This document shows, one piece after another, positions 51,714-64,000 of a stretch of DNA of 64,000 nucleotides. Below the pieces are notes generated by a model. That model did no database searches, had not been told where the DNA came from, and saw only the letters and a program-made list of their open reading frames with translations. Positions within the stretch are counted from its first letter, which is position 1; every line of letters starts with the position of its first letter. This DNA comes from Octopus vulgaris (taxonomy: Eukaryota): contig OX597821.1 in the NCBI GenBank assembly GCA_951406725.2, positions 28,768,001 to 28,832,000 of the forward strand, in the 5' to 3' direction. The position numbers and the translations under genes are program-made.

Positions 51714-52584
51714 TAGGGTCGGGACGTTGGCGACTAAACCGGCAGCCCCACAGAACTAACTCTGTAAGGAGGGTGTATGATTCTTGCTATTTTGAGACCC
51801 TACAAGGAAGAAAAATAAGACCGATATAAAAGCTAATGAACTCTTACGAGGCACCAAAATAGTATATGTTGGCAACGGCCACCAAAATAGTATATACCTA
51901 AGAGGCAGAAGCAATCATAACGCTTGAACATCCCTTGTAGTAGACGGAAACTCCAAAACGTAAACTAGGATTACAGGAATCCTATATCCTAGGGTGGAGA
52001 TCCTGTCAGTGATGGTGTCACGCGAAAAAAGTGCTGGTGGTTGTGCAGCCTAAGATACAGTAAGCCTCGTCATGAGCGCTGGAATGTCAAATAAGAATAG
52101 AAATAAAAACGACGTGAAAGAGGCTGGAACAACTTGTGAAGGTCTCTCGCCAAGCAGGTGCCCTACGGGTGAGGAGCAAGGGACCAGTCGTCATCAAGTA
52201 ACTGCTAAAAGGTGAACGAAAGAAATCACTGTGGCAATAATGGAGTGCTACTTTCTAGGTAATCTGAGAAATAATAATGAAGTATCCAATAGTGGGTATA
52301 GGAAAAGAATGCACAGGGTATGGAGCGACAGAGGCCTACTTGAATTAAGTGTATAAAATTTGTGTGACCAAGCTAGGGCCATCAGAAAGAATGAACGGTT
52401 ATCTCCAGTTGAATAAGAAAGCAATAAGAGACGGGTGCTTAGGGATAGTAAGACCAGTGGTGAACGGAAGGATGAGGAAGACAATGCAGAGTGTAACACT
52501 ATTGCAGTAGAGTTGAAGGAAGGAAACGAACATGAGGCTGAGATTTTTGATGAGGAAAGCGATGGGCGAACCGAGGAACAGATA
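51714..52584 (+). mobile_element. 5' UTR and N-terminal ORF remnant of an R4/Dong-like element
   Basis: AIMECYFL...GYRKRMHRVWSDRGL...LCDQARAIRKNERLSPVE matches the R4/Dong N-terminal region as I recall it. ATG at about 52084. Confidence 0.7.
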
Positions 52585-52947
52585 CCCAATCATTCTTCAT
52601 GACAATGCATAACAATACGTCCCTAATGACGCTCCAGAAGTTGAAGGAACTTGAGTACGAAGTTCTTCCTCGCCCAGCTTATTCCCCACACTTTTCTCCT
52701 AAGGACTACCACGTTTTCAAGTGCCTTCATGGTTTCCTGTGAGAGAAGGAGTTCAAAACCAAACTGATGCTGAAAGTGCGTTCAAAGAGTTCATCAGCTC
52801 CAGAACCTCAGAATTTTATGTTACCGGAATAAACAAACTTGTAACTCGATGGCAAAAATGTGTTGAATGTTATTGTACTTACTTTGATGAATAAAATTTC
52901 CGCATTTCATGTTTTAAAATGTCGATTACTTTTTACTCAGCCTGATA
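52585..52947 (+). mobile_element. Mariner transposase 3' fragment with right TIR
   Basis: ILHDNA...LQKLKELEYEVLPRPAYSPHFSPKDYHVF...FYVTGINKLVTRWQKCVEC..YFD; TIR-like ATTACTTTTTACTCAGCCTGA followed by TA. Confidence 0.92.
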
Positions 52948-54823
52948 GAACGCAACAGTAAAATCAATCGAAGCCTCAACACAAACTTTTACTTTGTAAG
53001 ACAAAAGTGAAGAAGAAGAAGAAGAGAGGAGGATAAAGAAAATGGGATGAGGATAAAGAAGGGTGGAGGAAGGTAAAGAAAAAGGGAGGAGGACGAGAAG
53101 GAGGGGGACTGGCTGAAGGGGAGATAGAGAAATGGGGAGGTGGAGGAGGATAAAGAAAAGGGGAGGAGGACGAGAAGGAGAGGGACTGGCTGATGGGGAG
53201 ATAGAGAAATGGGGAGGTGGAGGAGGATAAAGAAAAGGGGAAGGGAGAAGAAAGAGGAGGGGAGCAGGAGGAGAGATGCAGGAGAGGCAGAGAAGAGGAA
53301 AACGAAAGAAGAAGAAGAAGAAGAAGAAGAAGAAGAAGAAGAAGAAGAAGAAAAGAAGAAGAAGAAGAAAGAGATGATTATTACGATGATGATAGTGAGG
53401 AGAAAGAGGAGAAGTAAATTTTAGAAGATAAAGAAAAAGAAGAAAGGCATAAATAAGAAAGAACAAATACACAAAGGAAAAGATGAAAAAGAAGAAGAAG
53501 AAGAAGAAGAAGAAGAAGAAGAAGAAGAAGAAGAAGATAATGATGATGATGATGATGATGATGAATATCCGCTCCTTTAATTTGTTTTGTGTCGTTTACT
53601 TCCATAACATGATTTTGTTTGGAGCTAAATCTGCCAATTGCATGTAGATCATGCAAAACAACGTTTATAACAGTCTTTGCTCTTGTCTATTTTGATATGT
53701 GTTTTTCCCCTTCTTCTAACATTATTTATTGTTTAGCTCAGGTCAGAACAGTTTAGGTCATATCAGGTCGGCCCAGGTCAGTGCAAGCCTATTATCATAT
53801 CGCTGCTAGGTACGACCATCCTCTTGTAATGTGTATCCCGGGCTATATGCTACAATGGGTTCATTTATATGGCTATGTGGCTTAGTTTGGTTGTTTATTT
53901 GTTGCAGGATGACTTGTCACGTTGCTCTGCATTTATTTTAATTATAATTTTGGCATCGTTTATGTTCGTACCATCAATAAAATTTCTAATTGTTGTTGGT
54001 GTTCCCCGCGCAGTTCAGTTTTTGTAGAGTGTCTGTTGCAACTAAGCGACGAAATAAACTACTTGTTCTAGCACCGAGTAAGTGTTATTCTGGTTTTCAT
54101 TTTAGTTCTAGGCGCTCTTCGTTCAACTATCACCGAAGCCAGATTGACTTTCTTATCCCTCTGCCGTCGATAAAATAAGTACTAGTTGAGCACTGGAGTC
54201 GATGTAACCGACTAGCCCTTCAGCCCTAAAACTACTGGTATTGTGCCAAAATTTGTAACCCTCATTAAAAGCAGGGAGCTGAGAGAATCAGTAGAGCGTC
54301 GAACAAGATACCGAACGGCGTTTCTCACGAATCCTTTAGTTCACCGTTCAAGTTTTGCCGAGACTAATTTTGCCCTTCCTCCTTTCGGGAGTGGACAAAA
54401 TAAGTACTGAGTAACCGATTGCAATCCGCCCCTCAAATTGCTGGCTTTGTGTCAAAATTACAATTATTAACTTATTTTTCCTCTCTCCCTATTTTCCTCT
54501 CTCCCTATTTTCCTCTCTCCTTATTTCCCCCTCTCTTTCTTTCCCCTCCCTTCCACCACCTTTCAGTTGTATTTGTAATTTAAAGATTCAGCTCTCTAGC
54601 AATGCGTCACGCTCATTCTTCTGGAGAATTTATGTTAAGGATAAACGTTCTTATCATATACTCAGTCATTTACTCATTAATTTCACGAGTTACAATTCAG
54701 TTGGTCGAACAACCGAATACTCATAATCAAAACCGACGGGGTTTTGACTATGACTCAATAACATCAGGGGAATTGCTTTCTTTACTGCAATCATATACAA
54801 GCTGGCCATCTGCAAAACAAAGA

Positions 54824-55249
54824 GGATCTTTTTGGTTTGAACGGCAGTTTTTAACATAATTTCTAGGTAACTGAAAAATTATAAACTTCGCATACTAGTA
54901 GAATGAGTTTATAAAACATCTTTTTCTCTTGTCTTTATTAAGAAAATGCTATAGTTTGTAAGATATTTGTTGTTTTTTTTCTTCATTTTCTACAATTTCA
55001 ACCAATCACTGACGTCTATTGAGGTAAAAAAAACAAACATTCTGTGCCGTATGAATATGTCCCTCGTTTAAGAAACAGATTGGGTTTATTTACATTTGTG
55101 ATGAAAAAAGATACTCTTCTCCCCACCCCTAACCCTAACTAACCCTAAAACAGATTGAAATGCAATAGATCGATACTGGGTTCATAATTATGGGTGACAA
55201 TTTCATATGACACCGTTAGAAAAAACTGTCGTTCAAACCGAAAGGAACC
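54824..55249 (-). mobile_element. Second copy of the TTAGGG-containing MITE, 8-bp TSD
   Basis: Same TIRs and reverse-complement body as 21867-22319. Flanks AACAAAGA / AAGAAAGA. Confidence 0.88.
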
Positions 55250-55580
55250 AAGAAAGATTTTGATGGCCATATCGGCACAACACAAATATAGTTAAAATAA
55301 TCTAACCCTACAAGTGAGATATTCCATGTATAATACTTCTATTTGAGTCTCTTTATGTTGCATACATATGAAGGTATTTGTATTTATAAAGAATAAATAT
55401 TGAACAACTCTATTATATGTCAACAACTGTAACAGAAAATAAAATTTTGGTATATCCACACTTTTTAATTATGGTATAGATTATTCTTCAAAATACTTAC
55501 ATACTGGTTTTATCAATAAGATACCCGAAGTACCTGTACCATGAACTAGTGTTATTTTTACAATATTATTACAATATGAG

Positions 55581-55821
55581 AACGTAAACAGCCAGGCTTA
55601 ATCGGAGATGAAACGGCAAAATCTGATATTTTCTTATTCTACAAGCCAACTAAAAGGTGAAAATAACTGAATGGATTCCACTACATTTATTGTGAGGTCA
55701 CGTGGTGTTATGAAATCTGGCAGCAGTTTAAGTCTATCACCCCCAAAACCTGAAGGATCTTTACAATGGGCTTCCACAGACTTTGCCGTTTCATCTCCGA
55801 TTAAGCCTGGCTGTTTACGTT
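55581..55821. repeat. 45-bp inverted repeat (55581-55625 / 55777-55821)
   Basis: AACGTAAACAGCCAGGCTTAATCGGAGATGAAACGGCAAAATCTG versus its reverse complement with one mismatch. Confidence 0.9.
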
Positions 55822-56807
55822 TTGTTCCAGGAAAGAAACTAGAGCCCATGAGCTTTTGCAGAACCTCCGAAGTTGGTGGAAGGGAGGAAAGTATCCTTAA
55901 AGCTAATTACAACGAAGAGAACACCATTAAAGAGGCACAAAACTGTACAAAGGATTAAGTTCAAGAAGATCATGACGGGATTTGAAACCAGAACGCCAAA
56001 AGCCGGAAATAATTCCGTAAATCATTCAGACTAATGTTCTAACGATTTTTCCGTTAAACTAAGCAAGACTGTTATGTTTATCAATCCCAAATGGTTGAAA
56101 GGTAAGATTGCCTTTGGCGTCATTCGAAATCAGGATGCAGAGCTTCGGAACTAATATCGGTCAAAATTCATGGGTTGAACAGAATCTACGATACAATAAT
56201 AATGGCCGGATGAATGGAATTAAACTCGAAACCACGTAGCAACGACGTAAATTCGTTAACCAGACAAGCATGCTTTCGCCTAATATTTTTACAAGAACAC
56301 CAAAAGAAGAGACGTGACTAAGCAAGGTTTATTAAATAAATGGTAAATATAACACTAGCAAAGTGTGTAACAATGTATGCTCTTCCAACACGCCAGTTCA
56401 GATAAAATCTTTTAACGAAATATATATGTATACCAGGAAATGTTATGTAGCAGTGATATGGTAGGTTGTTTATTATGCACGACTTATTTTACTTCTTGTA
56501 AACTATATCAGGTGAAATTGAATGGACAGAAAATTATCGATCGGATATTCAGTTTAGGAAATAACGTTTGCAAGTTATTGATTTTCTAGTTTACAAGTTT
56601 TAAAAATTAATTCTTATTTCATCACACCAATTCATCATGTCAGTAAAATAATTAGTTATATAAATACCTTGGACGAACATGCAACACAGTAATTCGTTTG
56701 CAGCTGGATTGATGGGAATTCAACACCAATCACACATAGTGCTATTGGCATTTTATCTCACATCCGAGGTTGAAAAGGAAAAAAAAATAGTATATATATA
56801 TATGTGC

Positions 56808-56845
<38 letters not shown>

Positions 56846-57052
56846 GCACACACACACACACACACAATATATATATATATATATACGCTTCAGTAACAGT
56901 GTATACATACATATATACAAACACACATATATGTGTGTGTGTTTATATGTATATACATATATATATATATGCCTGAGTATCAGTGTATACAACATATATA
57001 TATATATATATACACACGTAGACATATGTGTGTGTTTATATGTATATATACA

Positions 57053-57098
<46 letters not shown>

Positions 57099-57652
57099 CT
57101 CGTACACTTCTACACGTTTTTAGAAATATTTATACACACACACACACACTTATGTATATGTATACGCATACACACACATACACCTATGCATGTTTGTTTG
57201 TATAAATATGGTAGTGTGCGTATGTGCACACCCGTATACGTGTATGTGTGTGTATACATGTATGTATATATATATTTGTATGTAAGTATATATATATGTA
57301 TATATATATTCATTTATTCATTTCTACGTATATATGGGCGCGCACGTATGTGCGTCGTTGCGTGTGTGGGAGTGTGCGTGTGTAGATACGTTTGTACGTC
57401 TTACAAAATTTCTCAAACGTCTAGCATGTTTTCGTCGATTGGACGAGGAGTAGCGACAATTTTAAGTGGAAGACTTGATGGTATAATGCAAAGTGTATGT
57501 ATTTATTTAAAGAGAAAATGACACTTGAATGGAAATTTTGAAAAAGGAATTTGGAAAGGTCTCTTGAGAGAAAGAAATAGTTCTGTTTGAAAATTGAAAT
57601 AAATGTAGCTTTGAAAAGTGTCATACGTATATATACACACACACACACACAC

Positions 57653-57966
<314 letters not shown>

Positions 57967-58479
57967 GTCAGGTCGCTCTTGAGTGCTACTTCTAACATAT
58001 AATCCAGTAAAAACTGTCGCATGGTCGGGTCGTTGGCGACTAAACTGGCAATACCATCAGGCTTGCTTGGGGAGGAGGGTGTTGCTGGCCACCCTGCGGG
58101 ATGAAAAATAAAACCCGTCAAAGGGCGGAGGAACTATTGATCAGTGAACTGCCATCCAACAAAATTTGTAAATATAGATATATTTTTTCAATGTATGAAT
58201 GTATGTATATTTTTACTTTTACATATATATATATCTTATTCATATTTCTTATTGAATTCTTATTCATACTTCGTATATATATATATATATGTGTGTGTAT
58301 ATTTTTACTTTTATATACACATCCCACTTTATTTATATTTTTAAATTACATATCATTTACTTGTTTATATTTAAATATATTATTTATATTTAATTCTTAT
58401 TTACATTTGCAAAGCTCATATTGTACTTACCTTCTCTTTTTTTTATGTATGAATGAGCTACTCTGCGCCGGTTACCGGA

Positions 58480-60755
58480 GTGATATTTTGATCACTTTAT
58501 AGAGTGTTTGAGTGTCGGTTTGGTGTCTGGAATGAGGTAAATTACGTCATGGGCAGGTAGAAGCTCTTTAATTTTGGTTGTTAATCTACCTAGGAGAAGG
58601 AAATCTCCGAAATAAAACCTGAGGCCTTGGAAGTACCTGGTTTTGTCAGTTTTCATGTCACACCGGTGAAAGCCTTCTTGAGCCAATAGATGGGGGTTGT
58701 GCAGTGCAAACTACAATCACTGAAAATTATTCACCTCAAGAGATACTTCCTGTACACCAAATCTTAGTAAAATAATTGAATTGGTTGCTTGGCAAAAACC
58801 TAAAAATGCACTTGTAACTTATTGTAAAATGTCTGAGACAGATTCAGTAAATGGCGATAAAGGCTTGAGAACGTCGAGAGAACAGGTCTGGTTCGACATG
58901 TGCCCCAGTGTATCACAGGCTGGGCCCGGTCGGCATCTTGCCACTGTTGTCAAACAATCTTCAAGAAAAAGTAAAAATAAATATCCTTTGAATTTTGGCT
59001 GTTGGAATGTCCGCACACTTCTTGATGATAATTTCAACAAGAAGCCAGAAATACGTACTTCACTTATTGCATGTGAGCTTAAAAAATATTCCCTTGATAT
59101 AGTTGCGCTCTCTGAAACTCGTCTCTCTGGTGAGGGTCAAGTAAATATACTATATGAATATACTATCCTTTAGAGAGGCCTACCTAAGGGTCAGCGTAGA
59201 GGACCTGGTGTTGGGTTTACCCTCAAGAATACATTAGCATCCCCCATTGCATAGCTCCCATGTGGTATATCTGAACAGACCATGTCATGTCGTATTAAAC
59301 TGACAAGAGGTAGGTTTCTTACCGTTGTCCATATTTATGCACCAACAATGTCCTATTCTGATGAAATTGTAAAACAGTTTTATAATGATCTAGCACTATG
59401 ATTCAGGAAAATAACAATTTCTGACGAGCTGGTCATGTTGGGAGATTTCGGTGCAAGAGTTGGAAAGGACTACGTTTCATGGCCTGTTTAGGGCGACATG
59501 GAATTGGAAAATCTAATAAAAATGGGGTAGCTCTTTTGGCGTTTTGTACCGAGAATAACCTGGTTATCATCAACACTGTTTCAGCAGAAGAATAAATATC
59601 AAACCATCTTGATGCACGCAAGATCTAAGCACTGGCATCTCATAAACTATATTCTGATCAGAAAACGTGATATAAACGACGTTGCTAGCGCTCGGGCCAT
59701 GAGAGGAGCAGAGAGCTGGACTGACCACCGTCTAGTGCGTAGAAAAAATAAAAGAAACAGATTTTTTGATAATGCCTAAAACTCGATAAGCTGGTCCTAA
59801 GGTACCCAAAAAATTAAATGTTACAAACCTAAAATTATCAAGCAACTTGCAAAGATTACAAGATGCTACAGAAAGTATCACTCTTGAGCCAAACAATATA
59901 TGGGAAGATTTCAAAACAAAAGTATTTCAAGTTCGTCAGTGGGATTTAAATCACGTAAGTCCTCCAGTGAGTGGTTCCCAGATAGAGCAGCAGAAATTCA
60001 TTATCTACTTTTGGAAAAACAAAACTTGGGCAAAACCCTTTTTTCTCAGTCCTTGAACCCCAACTCAAAAGCTAAAAGGGAAAGTGCAGACTGTTCTAAG
60101 GAAAGTTAAACAGGAATGGTGAAATGATAGAGCAAAAGGGGCACAAGAAGCAGACTTCTAGTCACAAAAGCGATGGCATTTGAACCAACTCTAAATGGTA
60201 TTTACTTTCGCTGTGAATAAGCTGAATAACAATAAGTGTCCAGGGTTTGATGGAATCTGTGCAGAAGTCTTGAAATGAAAACTGAGAAAGTGCTTCAAGA
60301 CTGGACTGATGCCATTTAAGTCTCCTTGTATAAATCGGCGCCAAAGTATCTGTGTGGTAATTTTCGTGGGATTTCGTTTTTGTCTGTGATTGGAAAGGCA
60401 CTTCCCACATTTTATTAGAAAGTTTAAATACGTTCATAGCTCCAATTATAGTGTCTGAGTCTCAGTATGGTTTTCGTTCCTCCAGGAGCTATCGTTTCTC
60501 CACAGCTATCAGAAAATTACAAGAAAATTGCATTGAGCAGAATCTTGCTCTATAACATTGCTTTGTTGATTTGAGCAAAGCATTCGATAGTGTTAATCGA
60601 AATGTTCTGTGGCTAATTCTAAGGAAAATAGGTTGCCCAGAAAATTTTTAAACATGATCAGGGCTTAGCATCAAGATATGAAAGTTGGAGTTAACTTTGG
60701 TGCTAGGCTCTCTGAATCTTTTGCCATAGAAAATGGAATAAATCGAGGAGACTGA
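58480..60755 (+). mobile_element. RTE-clade LINE 5' part (APE endonuclease and start of RT), decayed
   Basis: FGCWNVRTLLD...ELKKYSLDIVALSETRLSGEG; IYAPT; LGDFGARVG; SWTDHRLV; PGFDGI; SESQYGFR; FVDLSKAFDSVNR. Many stops and frameshifts. Confidence 0.92.
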
Positions 60756-60829
60756 TACATACATACATACATACATACATACATACATACATACATACAT
60801 ACATACATACACATATAAACATGTATGTG

Positions 60830-61350
60830 AAATCGCATGTTGGACCATAAAATAATCACCGGTCCAGTTGCTGGACCATTAACAAGACCGGTTCGCAGAG
60901 CTAACGCTACTATCGACAACAGAATCTCCTGATTCCTCTCTATGATCATACGCACCATGATAAAGATGTCCCTGGATGTGTGTGACTTCCTCGGTAAAAA
61001 TCACCGAATGGAACTGCACCAGCCACCTGATAGAATGCGTAATGGGCAGTATGAATGTGATGTCCCTATATCCATCCATCGACGTTGATTTTGCTGTGGA
61101 GAAATGCCTCCGCTTCCTGGTGATCAAAAACTGATGTGGAGTTCCGTGGTGTTGGCATATAGGAACTGGGCCTCCTCCTCCTTAGACTTATACGCGACAG
61201 GGTGTAGTTAGACAGACCCGACTCCAGCTGCTTCTGCCCCAGTAGACCAGTAAGGTTTATAACCTCAATCGACAAGGAGACGCCATAAAGAGAGATGGAA
61301 CGAGTGAACCATAGCCTTAAGGAGTCCCGAAAACTAAGATTAGGTGAGAA
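60830..61350 (+). mobile_element. Penelope-like RT fragment
   Basis: TRPVRRANATIDNRIS*FLSMII then VMGSMNVMSLYPSIDVDFAVEKC (RT motif A, SxDVxSLYPSI). Confidence 0.6.
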
Positions 61351-61376
61351 AAAAGGTCACACATAAATAAAATACA

Positions 61377-61611
61377 TATTTCTTTACTGCCCACACGGGG
61401 CTAAACACAGAGAGGACAACAATAACAGACAAACAGATTAAGTCGATTATATCGATCCCAGTACGTAACTGGTACTTATTTCATCGACCCCGAAAGGATG
61501 AAAGGCAAAGTCGACCTCGGCGGAATTCGGAATTAGCTCAGAACGTAGCGGCAGACGAAATACTGTGAAGCATTTCGCACAGCGTGCTAACGTTTCTGCC
61601 AGCTCGCCTCC
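61377..61611 (-). mobile_element. SINE family C
   Basis: Full-length reverse-complement match. TSD-like ATAAATA(A/T)AATACA at 61363-61376 and 61614-61627. Confidence 0.9.
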
Positions 61612-61946
61612 TAATAAATATAATACAAACAATGTAATATACAAACCCATATTCACGCACACAAGACATATACTAAACAAATAGATACACACACACACAC
61701 ACACACACTGATACAGATGTAAGCGCATGCGCAGAAACGGATACATACTACAAGAAGACAAAATGAAATAGTCAGGACAAGACCAGAGATAAGGTGGAGG
61801 AACGACTCCGACGAAAGAACTCTGGAAAACAAACTAATAACTATAAAGCTACAGTGAAGATTAAATAATCATTGCTAGTATTTATTGGCAAAAGATGACC
61901 ATCCATAAATATAACAATGCATATACACACACACAGATACACACAC

Positions 61947-61978
<32 letters not shown>

Positions 61979-62052
61979 TATGACTTAATTTATCCTCTCA
62001 CACCGTTTTCCTCATCTACGATGAAAGGATATTATCAATTAATAATCTAGAA

Positions 62053-62435
62053 GGAAGCACTCCGTCGGTTATGACGACGAGGGTTCTGGTTGATCCGATC
62101 AACGGAACAACCTGCTCGTGAAATTAACGTGTAAGTGGTTGAGCACTCCACAGACACGTGTACCCTTAACGTAGTTCTCGGGGATATTCAGCGTGACACA
62201 GAGAGTGACAAGGCCGGCCCTTTGAAATACAGGTACAACAGAAACAGGAAGTAAGAGTTAGAGAAAGTTGTGGTGAAAGAGTACAGAAGGGATCACCACC
62301 ATCCCCTGCCGGAGCCTCGTGGAGCTTTAGGTGTTTTCGCTCAATAAACACTCACAACGCCCGGTCTGGGAATCGAAACCGCGATCCTACGACCGCGAGT
62401 CCACTGCCCTAACCACTGGGCCATTGCGTCTCCAC
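62053..62435 (-). mobile_element. SINE family B, 12-bp TSD
   Basis: TSD AATAATCTAGAA at 62041-62052 and 62436-62447. Confidence 0.94.
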
Positions 62436-62673
62436 AATAATCTAGAAACAGCTGTAAGACCTTCTATGTATAAATGCTCTAATATCTATACAGCCTTGGT
62501 TTTTTATCTCATTACGCAAAAATTCGTATATATATATATATATATATGCATACACCAGCACAAATAAAAATACATATATGCACACATAGACTTACATCGC
62601 GCATGCGTGCGTGCACACACCCACAAACTAATACACTCATGCACAAGCATATTCATACATATATGTACGCATA

Positions 62674-62907
62674 CATGTTTCTTTATTACCCACAAGGGGC
62701 TAAACATAGAGGGGACAAACAAGGACGGACAAACGGATTAAGTCCATTACATCGCCCCCAGTGCGTTACTGGTACTTAATTTATCGACCCCGAAAGGATG
62801 AAAGGCAAAGTCGACCTCGGTGGAATTTGAACTCAGAACGTAACGGCAGGCGAAATACGGCTACGCATTTCGCCCGGTGTGCTAACGTTTCTGCCAGCTC
62901 GCCGCCT
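62674..62907 (-). mobile_element. SINE family C, 14-bp TSD
   Basis: TSD TATATGTACGCATA at 62660-62673 and 62908-62921. Confidence 0.94.
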
Positions 62908-62976
62908 TATATGTACGCATATAACTGTGTGTGTATGAATGTGCAAATGTCATAAATGAGTGCCTTCGTGATTGTT

Positions 62977-63039
<63 letters not shown>

Positions 63040-63334
63040 TTCTATGCGTTTTAACACATTATGTTTAATGTATATGCGATTTTAATGCACGTTTTTTTTC
63101 TTTTTTCGTTTGTGTTTTTCGGTGTGTGTAATGTATACACTGAAACATAAATACGTCGCAAAGAAACGTATCCATATGAAACGATATCTTCAAGGAAAGG
63201 AACACATGAGGGAAGAACAGACGGTAGTACAAAGAAGAAATAAAGAAAGAAAAGGACGAGACTATTAAATTCTCCATTACATATGTTTTATCACATACAG
63301 CTCGCCAATCCTACGATGATGATCATCATCATCA

Positions 63335-63409
<75 letters not shown>

Positions 63410-64000
63410 TAATAATAACATAACCTTCTCGTCTACATTTATGACGATATTAAGTTACGCATGGCGTTACCCAATCGCCTTGATTTCGTTTAAGCTGACA
63501 GCGTGTTAATGTGTCTTTCAAACCATATGTACCAGATGTTATTTCGTATAAAGTATTTCGTTTGGTAACTTTAGACTCGATACACATGGAAAGAACCAAA
63601 GGGTTTGCGTGAGTCGGTAAATATAGTAAAGAACCCGGCTAGATGTTTCGAGGCAAGGGTGGAGACTATTTTAATACTAGTGGTATATTACAAATATATA
63701 AGAACCTGCAGGAATATATATCAATGATGAGAAAAATCATGAATCCTTTATCTTATTTTTAAAACTTGTATTGTTTATTCTTAAGGAGACTGGAGCTGGT
63801 TTATTTCATTCATTTCTTTACATTTATATTTTCTTGGATGTGTATTTAATAAAATGCTGTATTTGAACAAGGAACCGTAGCTTTTTTATAGTCATAAAGA
63901 AAACGACTCACAATATTATATTTGAAACACTAATGTAACACTGATGTGAAAATCCGTTATCTATTTTAATATACATACATATATATATATATATATATAT

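Noticed and set aside
52933-53472. 179-aa Pro/Leu/Phe-rich ORF
   Set aside because: It is the antisense reading of a purine-rich (GAA/GGA) low-complexity tract that includes a duplication of about 75 bp.
56679-57521. Longest ORF in the track (280 aa)
   Set aside because: It consists almost entirely of TA/CA/TG microsatellite translation.

Overview
This is AT-rich, repeat-saturated eukaryotic DNA, intronic or intergenic, with no supportable intact protein-coding gene. The repeat landscape looks like an octopus (coleoid cephalopod) genome; this is inferred from dense (AT)n, (TAGA)n and (TAA)n microsatellites and several tRNA-derived SINE families. Nearly all ORFs in the supplied track are microsatellite artefacts. 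The real content is: about 20 SINE copies from 5-6 families, many with clear target-site duplications (TSDs); decayed Penelope-like (PLE), R4/Dong, RTE and Ty3/Gypsy retroelements; mariner fragments; two copies of a TTAGGG-containing MITE with 8-bp TSDs; and Helitron-like ends. The most interesting signals are structural: (1) PLE-type minimal hammerhead ribozymes, one with a complete core at 38902-39003 and one with a compensatory G3-C8 core swap inside a TSD-flanked foldback element; (2) a family of (TA)n-embedded elements that keep a hairpin / TGGYCAG / long-palindrome architecture despite sequence divergence; (3) a 424-bp palindrome with a perfect 133-bp core; (4) a 49-bp inverted templated insertion copied from 2.3 kb away into a SINE. 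All family assignments come from manual translation and motif recognition, not database searches, and boundaries without a TSD are approximate.
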